Assembly: GCA_964625685.1 (NCBI GenBank)
Contig: CAZVBO010000003.1
Span: forward strand, 64,298-128,297
Direction of reading: 5' to 3'
Source: an uncultured Pseudomonadales bacterium
GTDB lineage: Bacteria > Patescibacteriota > Microgenomatia > UBA1400 > PJMF01
DNA: 64,000 nt
Of the stretch, positions 1 through 8,722 are shown piece by piece. The first letter of the stretch is position 1; each line of letters begins with the position of its first letter. The notes under the pieces are model-generated. The model worked only from the letters and a program-made list of their open reading frames with translations, had not been told where the DNA came from and did no database searches. A program made the translations under genes and the position numbers.

Positions 1-2586
1 CACTTTTTTAGATGATGGATCGAAACTAACATATTCACCAGTCTTTAGATGCTTAACTCTAATGCCTCCTATTGCACCACGTCCTAATTCCCGAGCTCTT
101 TGTGCCCCGTGAGAAACCAATCCAGCGTTTTCAATCACTAAGCCATCAGCTTGAACAATTAGAGGATCATGACTCAAATTCATCTGAGAAGCGACCAAAA
201 CAATGGGTAATGCTTGGTTACGATAAAAAACAAGTACTTCTCTAGCTGCTTCGACAGTTTCAAAATCTTCGATATTAACGATGATGGCTTCGGCTAAAGC
301 CTGACCCTGAGCTAGAAGTTTGCCAAATAGTTCAAAATGATCAGTAAGATCCTCATCTTCTTCACCCAACTGATCGATATCAGATTCACGAATTACAGGT
401 GGTAAATCAACAAAGCTATATTTATCAAACCGTTCTTGACGCTCCGCTATTTGTGCCTCAAATCTTTCAGGATTTTGAACAAATTCTTCAATCTCTCTAG
501 GATCAAGTGAAAAAATATCCTGTTCATCGATATTATAACGATCAGCTATTTCAACCAAAACATCCCTTAAAAGCGAGTATTCTTTGACAAATTGGTATTT
601 CACTGTCTCTCTTAGAGCCATATATGTTTGAGAAGCTCGCATCACCCTCTGAAACTCTACCTGTAAGTCAGGTTGAGAATCTAGGAGAGACAAAAGCTGT
701 GCTTCACTTCTCTCACGATCAGATTTTTGTCTCTCAAACTCGGAAGTATATTGATCTCTGGCACTATAAATACCTTCAACGTAATTATGGAGCGCATTTT
801 GGTCATCCTTCAATCGAGGATGTCGAATTTCAAGCATCTCTCCAGTGCTGTAATGACCTACTACTCGTTGGCCAATAGTTAATGCACTATGAAAATCATC
901 TGCACCCGCAATAAATAGATTTGCTTGTGTGATTTCACTACCTTCTAAACCTTGATTAAGTCCTGCAAAAGTGGCATTCACTTCATCTGGGCTCATGCCA
1001 TAATGCTCACCTAGCATCCCTTGCAATCTTTGTGAGTAATAAAATCCTAAACGAGCTGATTTTACAAAATGAACGCATGAAACAGTTCGCATATGCTCGA
1101 GGATGGATTGAGCTTGAATTACTAATTGATCAACAGTTAATTCCTGTAGATCAACCGCTTCCATTGCTTGAATGAATTCGTCTGTATCAGGTTTTCCTTC
1201 CTGTAAGTACTCAGCCATGAATGTATCTGCATGTCTAGCCATTCTGGCTTTAAAGTCTTGGTAAGTTCTAAAATACTCAGCACCCTTTTCTTGACCGTAA
1301 CGACTGTTAAGATCTTCTAAAGTTGGATCCTGAAGATATAAGCCCATCTCTGGGTACTCACCTTTTTCTGGGTCCATTTGAATTTGATCCAAATACTCAC
1401 TTACTAGTGTTTGATTGTATTCTTCTCTAGTTTCTGGAAACCCTGCATAAAAAGTATGGGCATCCCGAGCGATACTAAAATATGGCTTTCCGCCTACATA
1501 ATGCATAAACCCTACTGATTCATCACCCAACGGGTAGCCCATTTGCTGACGACCTAATTGAATTGCACCAGGAACACCACCACTTCCAGTAAAGATATAT
1601 GCAAAAACTCCAAAATCCATTTCCTTTGGCCTTGGCAAAAGTTCACTGAAATTGCTATCACTTAGCACAACAGTTTCGGAATTAAGATCTTGCTTTTCTT
1701 GGTGAATAATTTGTCTGACTCTTTCCTGTGTGTGTTGCACAATATCTTCACGACTCATTTCTAGATTGATCCCATTAACTTCTGTAGTAAGTGTTCTAGC
1801 CTGCAAAATATAAAGTTGTCCATCCTGAATGGCAAACTCGATATCTTGTGGAAGATTATCGAATGACTCTTTGATTTGAAGTGCTAGTTCAGACATATCT
1901 TCCACTTGCTCCTCAGGAATGCTAACTAGATCTGTATTTTTAGATTTGGTAATTCCTTTTTGTGTTGGAGAATAAATTAAAGTGCTCCCCTCAGTAATAC
2001 CATCAACTATCTGATTACCAAAACCAGTCGTATATTGGACTAAAATGCCTTCACCATCGACATCGGTATATATGACTCCTGAAATATCTGGTTCAATCAA
2101 TCTTTGCAATACAACAGCCATCTCAACTTGTGACCCTCCATTTTGATGAAGACTCAAATACTCTTGTACTTGTTGAGATTGTGCTTGTTCGTAAATCGCC
2201 GTCAAAGCCTCTTCAATAGATTGATCAGGAGATTGTAAATAAAATGTTTCAAATACTCCTGCCATACTCAAATCACGACCATCTTCACAAGTAGCAGAGC
2301 TACGAACAGCTACTTTCCCGCCCATTGATTTACGAATTCTTTCAAGCTCACGAATCAGTGAGGAATCAATTTGTCCAGTTTGCTGATAATGAATGAATGC
2401 TTCAGTAGAAACGCCAACAGCGGCTGGAACTGGAAAACCAGCGTGTGTTAGCTCGGCTAAATTTTTTGCTTTACCACCTACTAGATGCCCGTGTCCATTA
2501 ACCATTTTTTCAATGGTCAAAATATGATTGTGTCTCGGGACAATCATTTCATGATTGTATTTTTTATCTCTTTCTCTTCTTTGCAT
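1..2586 (-). CDS. PEP-utilizing enzyme, PEP synthase / rifampicin-phosphotransferase-like; N-terminal ATP-grasp region and C-terminal mobile His domain; C-terminus truncated by the window edge
   Basis: The minus-strand frame is open from a start near 2586 (MQRRKRDKKYNHEMIVPRHNHILTIEKMVNGHGHLVGGKAKNLAEL...) to position 1. A sampled internal stretch (revcomp of 1490-1640) has no stops. Near the window start the frame encodes VSHGAQRARELGRGAIGG, matching the phosphohistidine motif TSHAAIVARELGIP of PEP-utilizing enzymes. The His domain lies more than 800 residues from the N-terminus, as in ~860-aa RPH-like proteins rather than classical ~790-aa PpsA. Only small plus-strand ORFs are listed in this interval, consistent with them being antisense. 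Confidence 0.7.
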   Translation of the reverse strand, partial: MQRRERDKKYNHEMIVPRHNHILTIEKMVNGHGHLVGGKAKNLAELTHAGFPVPAAVGVSTEAFIHYQQTGQIDSSLIRELERIRKSMGGKVAVRSSATCEDGRDLSMAGVFETFYLQSPDQSIEEALTAIYEQAQSQQVQEYLSLHQNGGSQVEMAVVLQRLIEPDISGVIYTDVDGEGILVQYTTGFGNQIVDGITEGSTLIYSPTQKGITKSKNTDLVSIPEEQVEDMSELALQIKESFDNLPQDIEFAIQDGQLYILQARTLTTEVNGINLEMSREDIVQHTQERVRQIIHQEKQDLNSETVVLSDSNFSELLPRPKEMDFGVFAYIFTGSGGVPGAIQLGRQQMGYPLGDESVGFMHYVGGKPYFSIARDAHTFYAGFPETREEYNQTLVSEYLDQIQMDPEKGEYPEMGLYLQDPTLEDLNSRYGQEKGAEYFRTYQDFKARMARHADTFMAEYLQEGKPDTDEFIQAMEAVDLQELTVDQLVIQAQSILEHMRTVSCVHFVKSARLGFYYSQRLQGMLGEHYGMSPDEVNATFAGLNQGLEGSEITQANLFIAGADDFHSALTIGQRVVGHYSTGEMLEIRHPRLKDDQNALHNYVEGIYSARDQYTSEFERQKSDRERSEAQLLSLLDSQPDLQVEFQRVMRASQTYMALRETVKYQFVKEYSLLRDVLVEIADRYNIDEQDIFSLDPREIEEFVQNPERFEAQIAERQERFDKYSFVDLPPVIRESDIDQLGEEDEDLTDHFELFGKLLAQGQALAEAIIVNIEDFETVEAAREVLVFYRNQALPIVLVASQMNLSHDPLIVQADGLVIENAGLVSHGAQRARELGRGAIGGIRVKHLKTGEYVSFDPSSKKV

Positions 2587-2894
2587 TTTATTCCTTTATT
2601 TTTTTATTTCTTTCTCCCAATAAAAAATCCGCCAAGGAGGCAGATTAGGGGAGAAATATACAACTAACCAGCTCCTGCTTTATTTAGCTGAGCTGCCACC
2701 AAGAATAGTGATAAATAGTTGATTTATTTCTCATTACAGAAAACGAGTTTAACCTATCACTACTTCTTTGTAAACTAGCAAACTAGTACACAAGTGCAAA
2801 TAGATTGACATATATGGAAAAATAAGATCTATTCTGATATAATCTGAGCAATTTGCTTCTCGAGTAAATTAGCTCTTTAACAATTCATATCAGT

Positions 2895-2948
2895 CGGCAA
2901 CGCAGAGAGGTAAACAATGTTACTTTTTTGCGTTGCCGATTGGCAACA
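2895..2948 (+). promoter_or_regulatory. Leader structure with mutually exclusive hairpins (CGGCAACGCA...TGCGTTGCCG, and GTTGCC-GATT-GGCAAC) upstream of the membrane-protein gene; candidate operator or attenuator
   Basis: The 10-bp arms 2895-2904 and 2919-2928 pair. The GTTGCC segment (2922-2927) can instead pair with GGCAAC (2932-2937). The same palindrome recurs at 4153-4170. Confidence 0.35.
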
Positions 2949-2988
2949 CTAAAGTAAAAGCGCAACTAGTCCAAAAAAGGAGAAAAAC

Positions 2989-4011
2989 ATGGACGCGCAA
3001 CTAAGCAAAAGCAAGCCTCTCTGGTCAGTTTTCCTGATCGCATTGGGGTCAGCTCTGTTTCTGACCATCGAAAAAATCGTTGACAGTGTCATTAGCAATA
3101 ACTATGCCATTGCAAGCGATCCCATCACAGCGGCCTCAGCATACCTGTTTATCGGTGGCTGGTTTGGTCTGCTCGTTTCCATCGTTCTCGGTAAAGTTCT
3201 GGGTCGGCGTATTCCGGGTCACACCAAAATCGCCTTACCCAGCGCACTGCCGATGCGTCTTTCAGTTTTCGCTGGCATCTCGGCGGCCTTTGCCACTCTG
3301 CTGTTCCTCTGGGGCAATCAGCTCTTTGACCTCAGCATCATGGTAGCCATCTCAAACGGCTACGTATTGATGATCGTCATCTACGAGTGGATGGCTGGTA
3401 AGATCAAGGCTAACAAGTTCTTGCTCCCTGGCCTACTGACCGTGGTGAGCACGGTGCTTGTGGCATTCAACCCTGAGTGGTGGAATGACAGTGCGGTACT
3501 GCATGATGAAGCAGCGAAGTTGTTGATCATCTTCCTCGGCTTCAATCTGTTGGTCGCTTTTGATCGGCTGGTTACCAAGCCTGCCGTCGATCATAGCGAT
3601 CCCATCAATGTGCAGGTTGTCCGTATTGGTACACTCGCTATCACGGGGACTCTGTCTGCCTTCGTTTTGGCAATTACCCGTCAGGAATTCCCAGCCTTTG
3701 TGGAAGCATGTTCGAATATCATCACGTCTCCCGCTGTGTACTTCTTCCTGTTTTTGCTGTTCGCAGCAGTTTTTCTGGGCCAGGTTCTGGAACTGTGGGC
3801 GAAGCAGATCAACGTTGATGTATCCAGCATCGTGATCGTAATCGGACTCCATGTCGGTTTGGGATTTGTGGCCGCGTTGGTCATCGATGCCATTGCTCCC
3901 GGATTTGTAGGTGAGGTACCCGCAGAATGGACCACGCGAATCGTGCGCTTAATCGGTGTTGCCGGTTTGATCTTTGCCACTGTTCTCTTGCAGAACAAAA
4001 AGGCGAAGTAA
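2989..4011 (+). CDS. Polytopic integral membrane protein (~10 predicted TM helices), possible transporter; family unassigned
   Basis: 340-aa ORF with an AGGAG-like RBS (aaaaaggagaaaaac ATG). Hydrophobic helices throughout. GC-richer codon usage than the flanks. Confidence 0.55.
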   Translation: MDAQLSKSKPLWSVFLIALGSALFLTIEKIVDSVISNNYAIASDPITAASAYLFIGGWFGLLVSIVLGKVLGRRIPGHTKIALPSALPMRLSVFAGISAAFATLLFLWGNQLFDLSIMVAISNGYVLMIVIYEWMAGKIKANKFLLPGLLTVVSTVLVAFNPEWWNDSAVLHDEAAKLLIIFLGFNLLVAFDRLVTKPAVDHSDPINVQVVRIGTLAITGTLSAFVLAITRQEFPAFVEACSNIITSPAVYFFLFLLFAAVFLGQVLELWAKQINVDVSSIVIVIGLHVGLGFVAALVIDAIAPGFVGEVPAEWTTRIVRLIGVAGLIFATVLLQNKKAK

Positions 4012-4029
4012 TAACAATCGGTAGCTTTT

Positions 4030-4063
4030 GGTGGGGTGCATCGCGAGGTGCACCCCCACCCTC
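4030..4063 (+). terminator. GC-rich hairpin (GGTGGGGTGCA...TGCACCCCCACC) after the membrane-protein gene; no clear U-tract
   Basis: Inverted repeat seen directly in the sequence. It does not match the T-box consensus. Confidence 0.3.
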
Positions 4064-4152
4064 ACACTGATATGAAACAATGTGAATAACGCTCGTTAAC
4101 AAGTAAATATACTTATCGGTAACACTTTGTGTCTCATTTTTGGGATATAATG

Positions 4153-4170
4153 TGTTGCCGATAGGCAACA
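4153..4170 (+). promoter_or_regulatory. Palindrome TGTTGCC-GATA-GGCAACA immediately downstream of a TATAAT-like box (4146-4151), upstream of trpS; candidate operator
   Basis: 7-bp perfect arms with a 4-nt spacer. Near-identical to the copy at 2922-2937. Confidence 0.4.
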
Positions 4171-4217
4171 AACCGTGAACTATCTCAATCCAACTTAAGT
4201 TGAAGGAGTTAAATCAA

Positions 4218-5240
4218 ATGGCAACAAAAGTCGTACTCACAGGTATGCGTACCACCGGTTCTCTCCACTTGGGCCACTATGTTGGTGCCCTCAAGCAGTG
4301 GAAAGAAATTCAAGATGCAGGAGAGCATGAATGCTACTTCCTGCTCGCTGATGTGCAGGCATTGACCACTCACGCCGATAATCCGGCATTGCTGACACGG
4401 TCAGTGATCGAAGTCACCAAGGACTGGTTGGCGGTGGGTCTAGACCCCACCTTGCCCTATGTCCACTTTGTCCAGCAATCGCAGGTGCCCGAACGCTATG
4501 AACTGTCGGCTTTGCTCATGATGATCGCGCGTTACAGCGAGGTCATGCGCAACCCCACCCTCAAAACGGAACTGGAACGCCAAGAAAACGCCTCTATGGG
4601 TTTTATGGCTTACCCGGTTGATCAGGTGGCGGATATCTATATGGTCAACCCATATCCAGTTAGCCGCGGGGACGAAGTTCTTGTCCCTGTGGGTGAGGAT
4701 CAGGTTCCCCACCTCGAATACGCACGTGACCTTGCCCAGCGTTTCAACCGTGACTATGGGCGTGTGTTTACGCCCTGCAAGCCGCTAGTTGGCGAAGTGG
4801 GTCGTTTGGTTGGCACCGATGGTCAGGCAAAAATGTCAAAGAGCATGGGTAACACCATTCAACTCAGCGACTCTGCCGATGAAGTCAAGAAAAAGGTAAT
4901 GGGGATGTTTACTGACCCGAATCACTTGCGGGTCGATGACCCAGGTGATTCCAGCGACAACAACCCTGTCTTCATGTACCTTCGCGCATTCGACCCCAAT
5001 CAGAACGAAGTCGAAGAACTGGCCGCCCACTATGCGGGTGGTGGTCTGGGCGACGTGGCAGTTAAACGCCGCCTTGTCGCCGTCCTGAACGACTTTCTGG
5101 ACCCGATCCGCCAACGTCGTGCGGAATTCGACAACGCTGACATTGGTCAGTTCATCTATGACGGCTCCATGGCCGCTCGTGAAGCTTGCACCCCTGTTGT
5201 ACAAGCTGTGCGCGAGCACATGGCTCTCGTCATCCCGTAA
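4218..5240 (+). CDS. trpS: Tryptophan--tRNA ligase (class I aaRS)
   Basis: HIGH-type motif TGSLHLGH and an exact KMSKS motif. Length about 340 aa. Start at MATKVVLTG, preceded by the AAGGAG RBS; the longer ORF start at 4200 is rejected. Confidence 0.85.
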   Translation: MATKVVLTGMRTTGSLHLGHYVGALKQWKEIQDAGEHECYFLLADVQALTTHADNPALLTRSVIEVTKDWLAVGLDPTLPYVHFVQQSQVPERYELSALLMMIARYSEVMRNPTLKTELERQENASMGFMAYPVDQVADIYMVNPYPVSRGDEVLVPVGEDQVPHLEYARDLAQRFNRDYGRVFTPCKPLVGEVGRLVGTDGQAKMSKSMGNTIQLSDSADEVKKKVMGMFTDPNHLRVDDPGDSSDNNPVFMYLRAFDPNQNEVEELAAHYAGGGLGDVAVKRRLVAVLNDFLDPIRQRRAEFDNADIGQFIYDGSMAAREACTPVVQAVREHMALVIP

Positions 5241-5318
5241 GCATTCACGGTTTTCCTATCGCAACAATCAACTTCAAACTACAAGCCTTGAAAGCCAAGT
5301 GCTTTGTGCTTTGAGGAT

Positions 5319-5349
5319 TGATCCAAACAAAAGCACATCTTTCGGGGTG
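5319..5349 (+). terminator. Rho-independent terminator for trpS (AAGCACAT...GTGTGCTT followed by TTTTTT)
   Basis: Stem-loop plus a T-run seen directly in the sequence. Confidence 0.6.
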
Positions 5350-5351
5350 TG

Positions 5352-5383
5352 CTTTTTTCATAAAAAAAGACCAGTCGTATTTC
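5352..5383 (-). terminator. Terminator for the convergent minus-strand gene (AGACCAGTC...GACTGGTCT with a T-run on the minus strand)
   Basis: 9-bp stem. The A-run 5352-5358 is a T-run on the minus strand. Confidence 0.55.
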
Positions 5384-5422
5384 AGACTGGTCTATTCACC
5401 TCTCGATGATCTTCATTCACGC

Positions 5423-6031
5423 TCAGCGTGGCTGAATTCCCATCTTTTGTAATGCATCTCGTTCTTCGTACTGAATGACCAGCTTTCCTGCAACTTGCTC
5501 TTCGCGAGCGAATTGCTCTCGAATGACCTGCGTTTTCCTGGTTGAACTCCAACCACTTGGATTGTGTTCTTCGATCCGGTAGCCAGATTGAGCCAACCAA
5601 TTTGCTGAGTATTGAGGGTCTTCTTGCTCATAAAAGAAGATAGCCTCAATAACACCGGGATTTGCTGGCTCATCCATGATGTTTTCAAAACCTGGTGGAC
5701 GGTAGCTGAACTGAAGCTCTGGGCATTGGTGTCCTTTGAATCGCCAGCACTCTACGGTTATTTGTTGACCAGGTTCCAGGATGTATCCGAGACCTTGCTC
5801 GAGCATCTCGAGACCGTCAACTATGCACAGGCCGTCCATGCTGACCACTGCAACGGCACGACGATTGCTATTATTTCTTAGGGAGATTGAAAAGCTTGCT
5901 CCCTTAGGACCATGAACGAATACTTCTTCATTGTGGAGATACTCTGTGAGAGTAATTCCACCCATCTTAATTCCCATACTGAACTGTGAATCTTGTGAAA
6001 TCACGATCTTTCTCCTTTGATTTTGATGCAT
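5423..6031 (-). CDS. Hypothetical protein (202 aa)
   Basis: Complete ORF, convergent with trpS and followed by a terminator. No family recognised. Confidence 0.4.
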   Translation of the reverse strand: MHQNQRRKIVISQDSQFSMGIKMGGITLTEYLHNEEVFVHGPKGASFSISLRNNSNRRAVAVVSMDGLCIVDGLEMLEQGLGYILEPGQQITVECWRFKGHQCPELQFSYRPPGFENIMDEPANPGVIEAIFFYEQEDPQYSANWLAQSGYRIEEHNPSGWSSTRKTQVIREQFAREEQVAGKLVIQYEERDALQKMGIQPR

Positions 6032-6186
6032 TAACAGAGAGATGATTTTGGCACAAACAATTTTAAAACTTTCTCAATGCAGGCGATCTGCAAAAGAAGT
6101 TCACCGGTTCATACCAAAATAACTCTCTGCTCTATGTTAAAGAGCGAAAAGTACCCGAACATTATAGCTTATGAGGTAAAAAATCT

Positions 6187-6681
6187 CTATTCGACAGGAT
6201 TATCTTGCTTGTGAATACCCGCTTTTATTTTTTCTGAACCCTTTTTAAACATATCCTCTTCAGTTAAGGGGCTCATCTTTATAGTTGTGGTATATTCCTC
6301 ATGTAAAGATTGTGTTGCCTTGGTTAACTCTTCATCACTCATTGTTTCAGACAAAATCTCTTTTAAGAATCTTGCCTTATGTTTTAAAGCGGTGAAATTA
6401 TGACCTGCGGTACTGAATTCTTTATGTTTCTTTGATGGATCGAGTACACCAGAAATTGCTGCTATGGCTGCAGTAAAAACCGAAAACCAAATAGTCCATT
6501 CAGGAAAAACACCAGCTCCTGTTAAAATTCCACTGATCGCAGATGCTGTAGCGGGGACTATTTCAAAGATGTACTTTGTCCTCCTTGCACGTTTTGCTGA
6601 GAGATAGTGTGATTCAGCGATGTATTCACAATTATCTCTAATAACCTCACATTCGTTAACTAACTTTTTTTTCAATGTCAT
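6187..6681 (-). CDS. Small 2-TM membrane protein, SLATT-like candidate effector partnered with the upstream nucleotidyltransferase
   Basis: 164 aa. Two adjacent hydrophobic helices (IVPATASAISGILTGAGVFPEWTIWFSVFTAAIAAISGVL). Its start overlaps the stop of the upstream gene (ATGA overlap at 6678-6681). Confidence 0.45.
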   Translation of the reverse strand: MTLKKKLVNECEVIRDNCEYIAESHYLSAKRARRTKYIFEIVPATASAISGILTGAGVFPEWTIWFSVFTAAIAAISGVLDPSKKHKEFSTAGHNFTALKHKARFLKEILSETMSDEELTKATQSLHEEYTTTIKMSPLTEEDMFKKGSEKIKAGIHKQDNPVE

Positions 6682-7622
6682 TCAACCTCCTCTGGGAAAA
6701 CGGTTCCAAATAATTCCCTCCAACCTGCAATTCTTGTAGTCTCTGGCAGGTTGGGGTTCAAGAGAGATATCATATTTTCTGAAATAATTGGCAAAGCTCT
6801 GGTCAAATATGATAAGGCTGGCTCTCGGATATAACGATCTGGAAAGTGAGAGCCTTGGAAATTAATCGGTTTATTCAGGTATTTCTGCATTTCGTTCACC
6901 ATATCAATTAGAAGCAGCGGAGTATTGATTGGAAAGTTATTTGCAATTCTGCGAGCTATAAGTCCTGGAAGTAACTCCGTTGCAAGTATTTCTAAATGGA
7001 CAGAGTCTAACCCCTCAATATCTAGAACATGACGCTTTAGGGCTTTGAGAACTTTGATAAAGGGTATTAATCTTCCACCTGTGGCTTTATTCATTTCTGT
7101 CAAGTAAACAACCTCAAAGTCGTAGTCAGCTATTTCCCAGCCATGTCCTTTCGCAACCCAATAACATCGGCCTTGTTGATAGGATTGAGCCCCATCTAAT
7201 GAAAGGCCTATGTTGTCACGGTATGCGGGAACGAGTTCTACCTTGATTTTTCCATCACCGTAAGGGAAGGTTACCGTTGGAGCATCTTGAACAGGATTCA
7301 TTGCAGAATATCTGTTGCTTCTTTGCAGTAATTCATCAAGAGTTCTAAGTGCTTGGTTGGAACTCAAGCCAGAAGGACTTCTAGTAGAGAAGGTGCCAAG
7401 TATCACTAGGATATCAATATCGAAAACATCATCTGGTCTTGGATGCACTCTGGTTTGTCTTTGCAATGAACCAATAAGCTTTGTTTCTATGGCTCTTGTC
7501 GAGTTATTTTCAAGATAAGTTCTTACTGCATTATGTCGCTGCTCAACCAAGCCCTGGTGAGTATCCTTCAGCTCGAGGTTTGATTGCAGCTTGGTAAAAT
7601 GTTTTCCTAAAAAAATTGACAT
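6678..7622 (-). CDS. Nucleotidyltransferase-fold protein, SMODS / CD-NTase-like candidate second-messenger synthase
   Basis: GS...[DE]h[DE]h pattern: IGSLQRQTRVHPRPDDVFDIDILV. 314 aa. Translationally coupled to the downstream 2-TM gene. Confidence 0.5.
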   Translation of the reverse strand: MSIFLGKHFTKLQSNLELKDTHQGLVEQRHNAVRTYLENNSTRAIETKLIGSLQRQTRVHPRPDDVFDIDILVILGTFSTRSPSGLSSNQALRTLDELLQRSNRYSAMNPVQDAPTVTFPYGDGKIKVELVPAYRDNIGLSLDGAQSYQQGRCYWVAKGHGWEIADYDFEVVYLTEMNKATGGRLIPFIKVLKALKRHVLDIEGLDSVHLEILATELLPGLIARRIANNFPINTPLLLIDMVNEMQKYLNKPINFQGSHFPDRYIREPALSYLTRALPIISENMISLLNPNLPETTRIAGWRELFGTVFPEEVE

Positions 7623-7831
7623 ATTTATTAACTTTACTTATATGGCAATTTTACAATATAAAACCGGATATCCCAATTACAAAACGTGCTCTGCCTGCAG
7701 TGCTACCAATGCTACCAGCACCAGATAGCATTCAATCCTTCTGGACCCTGCAAACATGGTAAGACTGGCAACAAAAAGCCCCATCCATAAGATGAGGCCT
7801 TCATTAGCGTTTTTATAAAAAGAACTTGCTA

Positions 7832-8299
7832 TTACAGTCCAACGCTGTCAGCACCGTAAGCAGCTTGTTCAGTGGTGAAACCTTCAAATTCTAGTTGTTT
7901 TATAAGACCATCTCTTGAGAAGCCTGACAAATCTTGATAGCTTTTAGCCTTTTTGGCAGCCTGTTCATTCCAGTCTGGACTAATTTTATCTACTGCGTAG
8001 GTAGCATCTTCTGTTGAGAATTTTTCAAATTCGAGCTGCTTGATTAAGCCACTTCTTGAAAAACCTGTCATACTGAGGTAAGAATTTGCTTTTCTAACAG
8101 CATTCTTCTGTGCTGTAGTCTCATTGGAAGTTTCTTCGACTTCGGCTGCTTCCTTAGCGTCACCTTTTTCCATTACTTCTGCTGATGGAGTTGAGTTATC
8201 AGATTTAGGTGTTTCATCTCCTGAACCAGCGATGGCGCCAATAACAAAGAGTACTACTAATGCGATAGCACCCCATTTGAGTAATTTTTTCATATTCAT
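7832..8299 (-). CDS. Ltp-family (phage superinfection-exclusion type) membrane-anchored protein with two tandem repeat domains
   Basis: N-terminal TM/signal region. Two repeats of KA(N/K)SY..(M/L)(T/S)GFSR.GLIKQLEFE.F(S/T)(T/E)E.A.Y.(V/A)D, matching the host cell surface-exposed lipoprotein (Ltp) repeat. Confidence 0.55.
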   Translation of the reverse strand: MNMKKLLKWGAIALVVLFVIGAIAGSGDETPKSDNSTPSAEVMEKGDAKEAAEVEETSNETTAQKNAVRKANSYLSMTGFSRSGLIKQLEFEKFSTEDATYAVDKISPDWNEQAAKKAKSYQDLSGFSRDGLIKQLEFEGFTTEQAAYGADSVGL

Positions 8300-8360
8300 C
8301 CTTTATTTGGTATTTCTATCTGGGTGGTTCCAATATTATCACAATCTTTCTATATATGGA

Positions 8361-8636
8361 ATGGCTAAATATGGAAAGCACAACCAGAATAAAGATGTGC
8401 CAATAAGTATCAAAAATGACCAGTATCTGCCATATCGTGAGAAGCTTGGTGAAAGAATCAAGGACCTCAGGAAGAAGCGTGGACACACTCAGGAAAGCTT
8501 TGCTCTTGATGTAGTAAAGATGAACGTGTCTTATTTGGCGAAGATTGAAAACGGTTACGTCAACACATCTGTAAACTACCTTATCCGCATCGCCAAGGGC
8601 CTGAATGTGAAGGTCCGTGACTTGATTGAGTTCTAA
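8361..8636 (+). CDS. XRE-family (Cro/C1-type HTH) transcriptional regulator
   Basis: HTH signature ...GHTQESFALDVVKMNVSYLAKIENGYVNTSVNYLIRIAKGLNV. Start taken at MAKYGKH; the long ORF from 8124 is rejected. Confidence 0.65.
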   Translation: MAKYGKHNQNKDVPISIKNDQYLPYREKLGERIKDLRKKRGHTQESFALDVVKMNVSYLAKIENGYVNTSVNYLIRIAKGLNVKVRDLIEF

Positions 8637-8722
8637 ACTTCCTTTTTTTTGCTTCACTTTCGTGCTTTTTACTGGTAATCTGGTCTAACTCGTATTCAAA
8701 AAGTGTAAAAAAGTATCGAACC

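Noticed and set aside
624-878. Plus-strand ORFs (624-878, 2485-2667) inside the first 2.6 kb
   Set aside because: They are antisense to the long uninterrupted minus-strand PEP-utilizing enzyme frame and show no RBS or domain signal.
4012-4199. Possible T-box leader upstream of trpS
   Set aside because: There is no match to the T-box consensus (AGGGUGGNACCGCG) and no specifier/antiterminator arrangement. The GC hairpin at 4030-4063 looks like a plain terminator-like stem.
2989-6031. Calling the membrane protein-trpS-hypothetical block a clear horizontally transferred GC island
   Set aside because: Its GC content (about 53-57%) is only modestly above the core genes in this window (rpoD, dnaG at about 48-52%). 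The evidence for recent transfer is weak, so it is reported only as a regulatory observation.
8124-8657. Long plus ORF from 8124 and the overlapping minus ORF 8316-8657
   Set aside because: Only the C-terminal 92 aa form an XRE HTH with a plausible start at 8361. The N-terminal extension overlaps the Ltp-like gene on the other strand. The minus ORF is antisense to the HTH gene.
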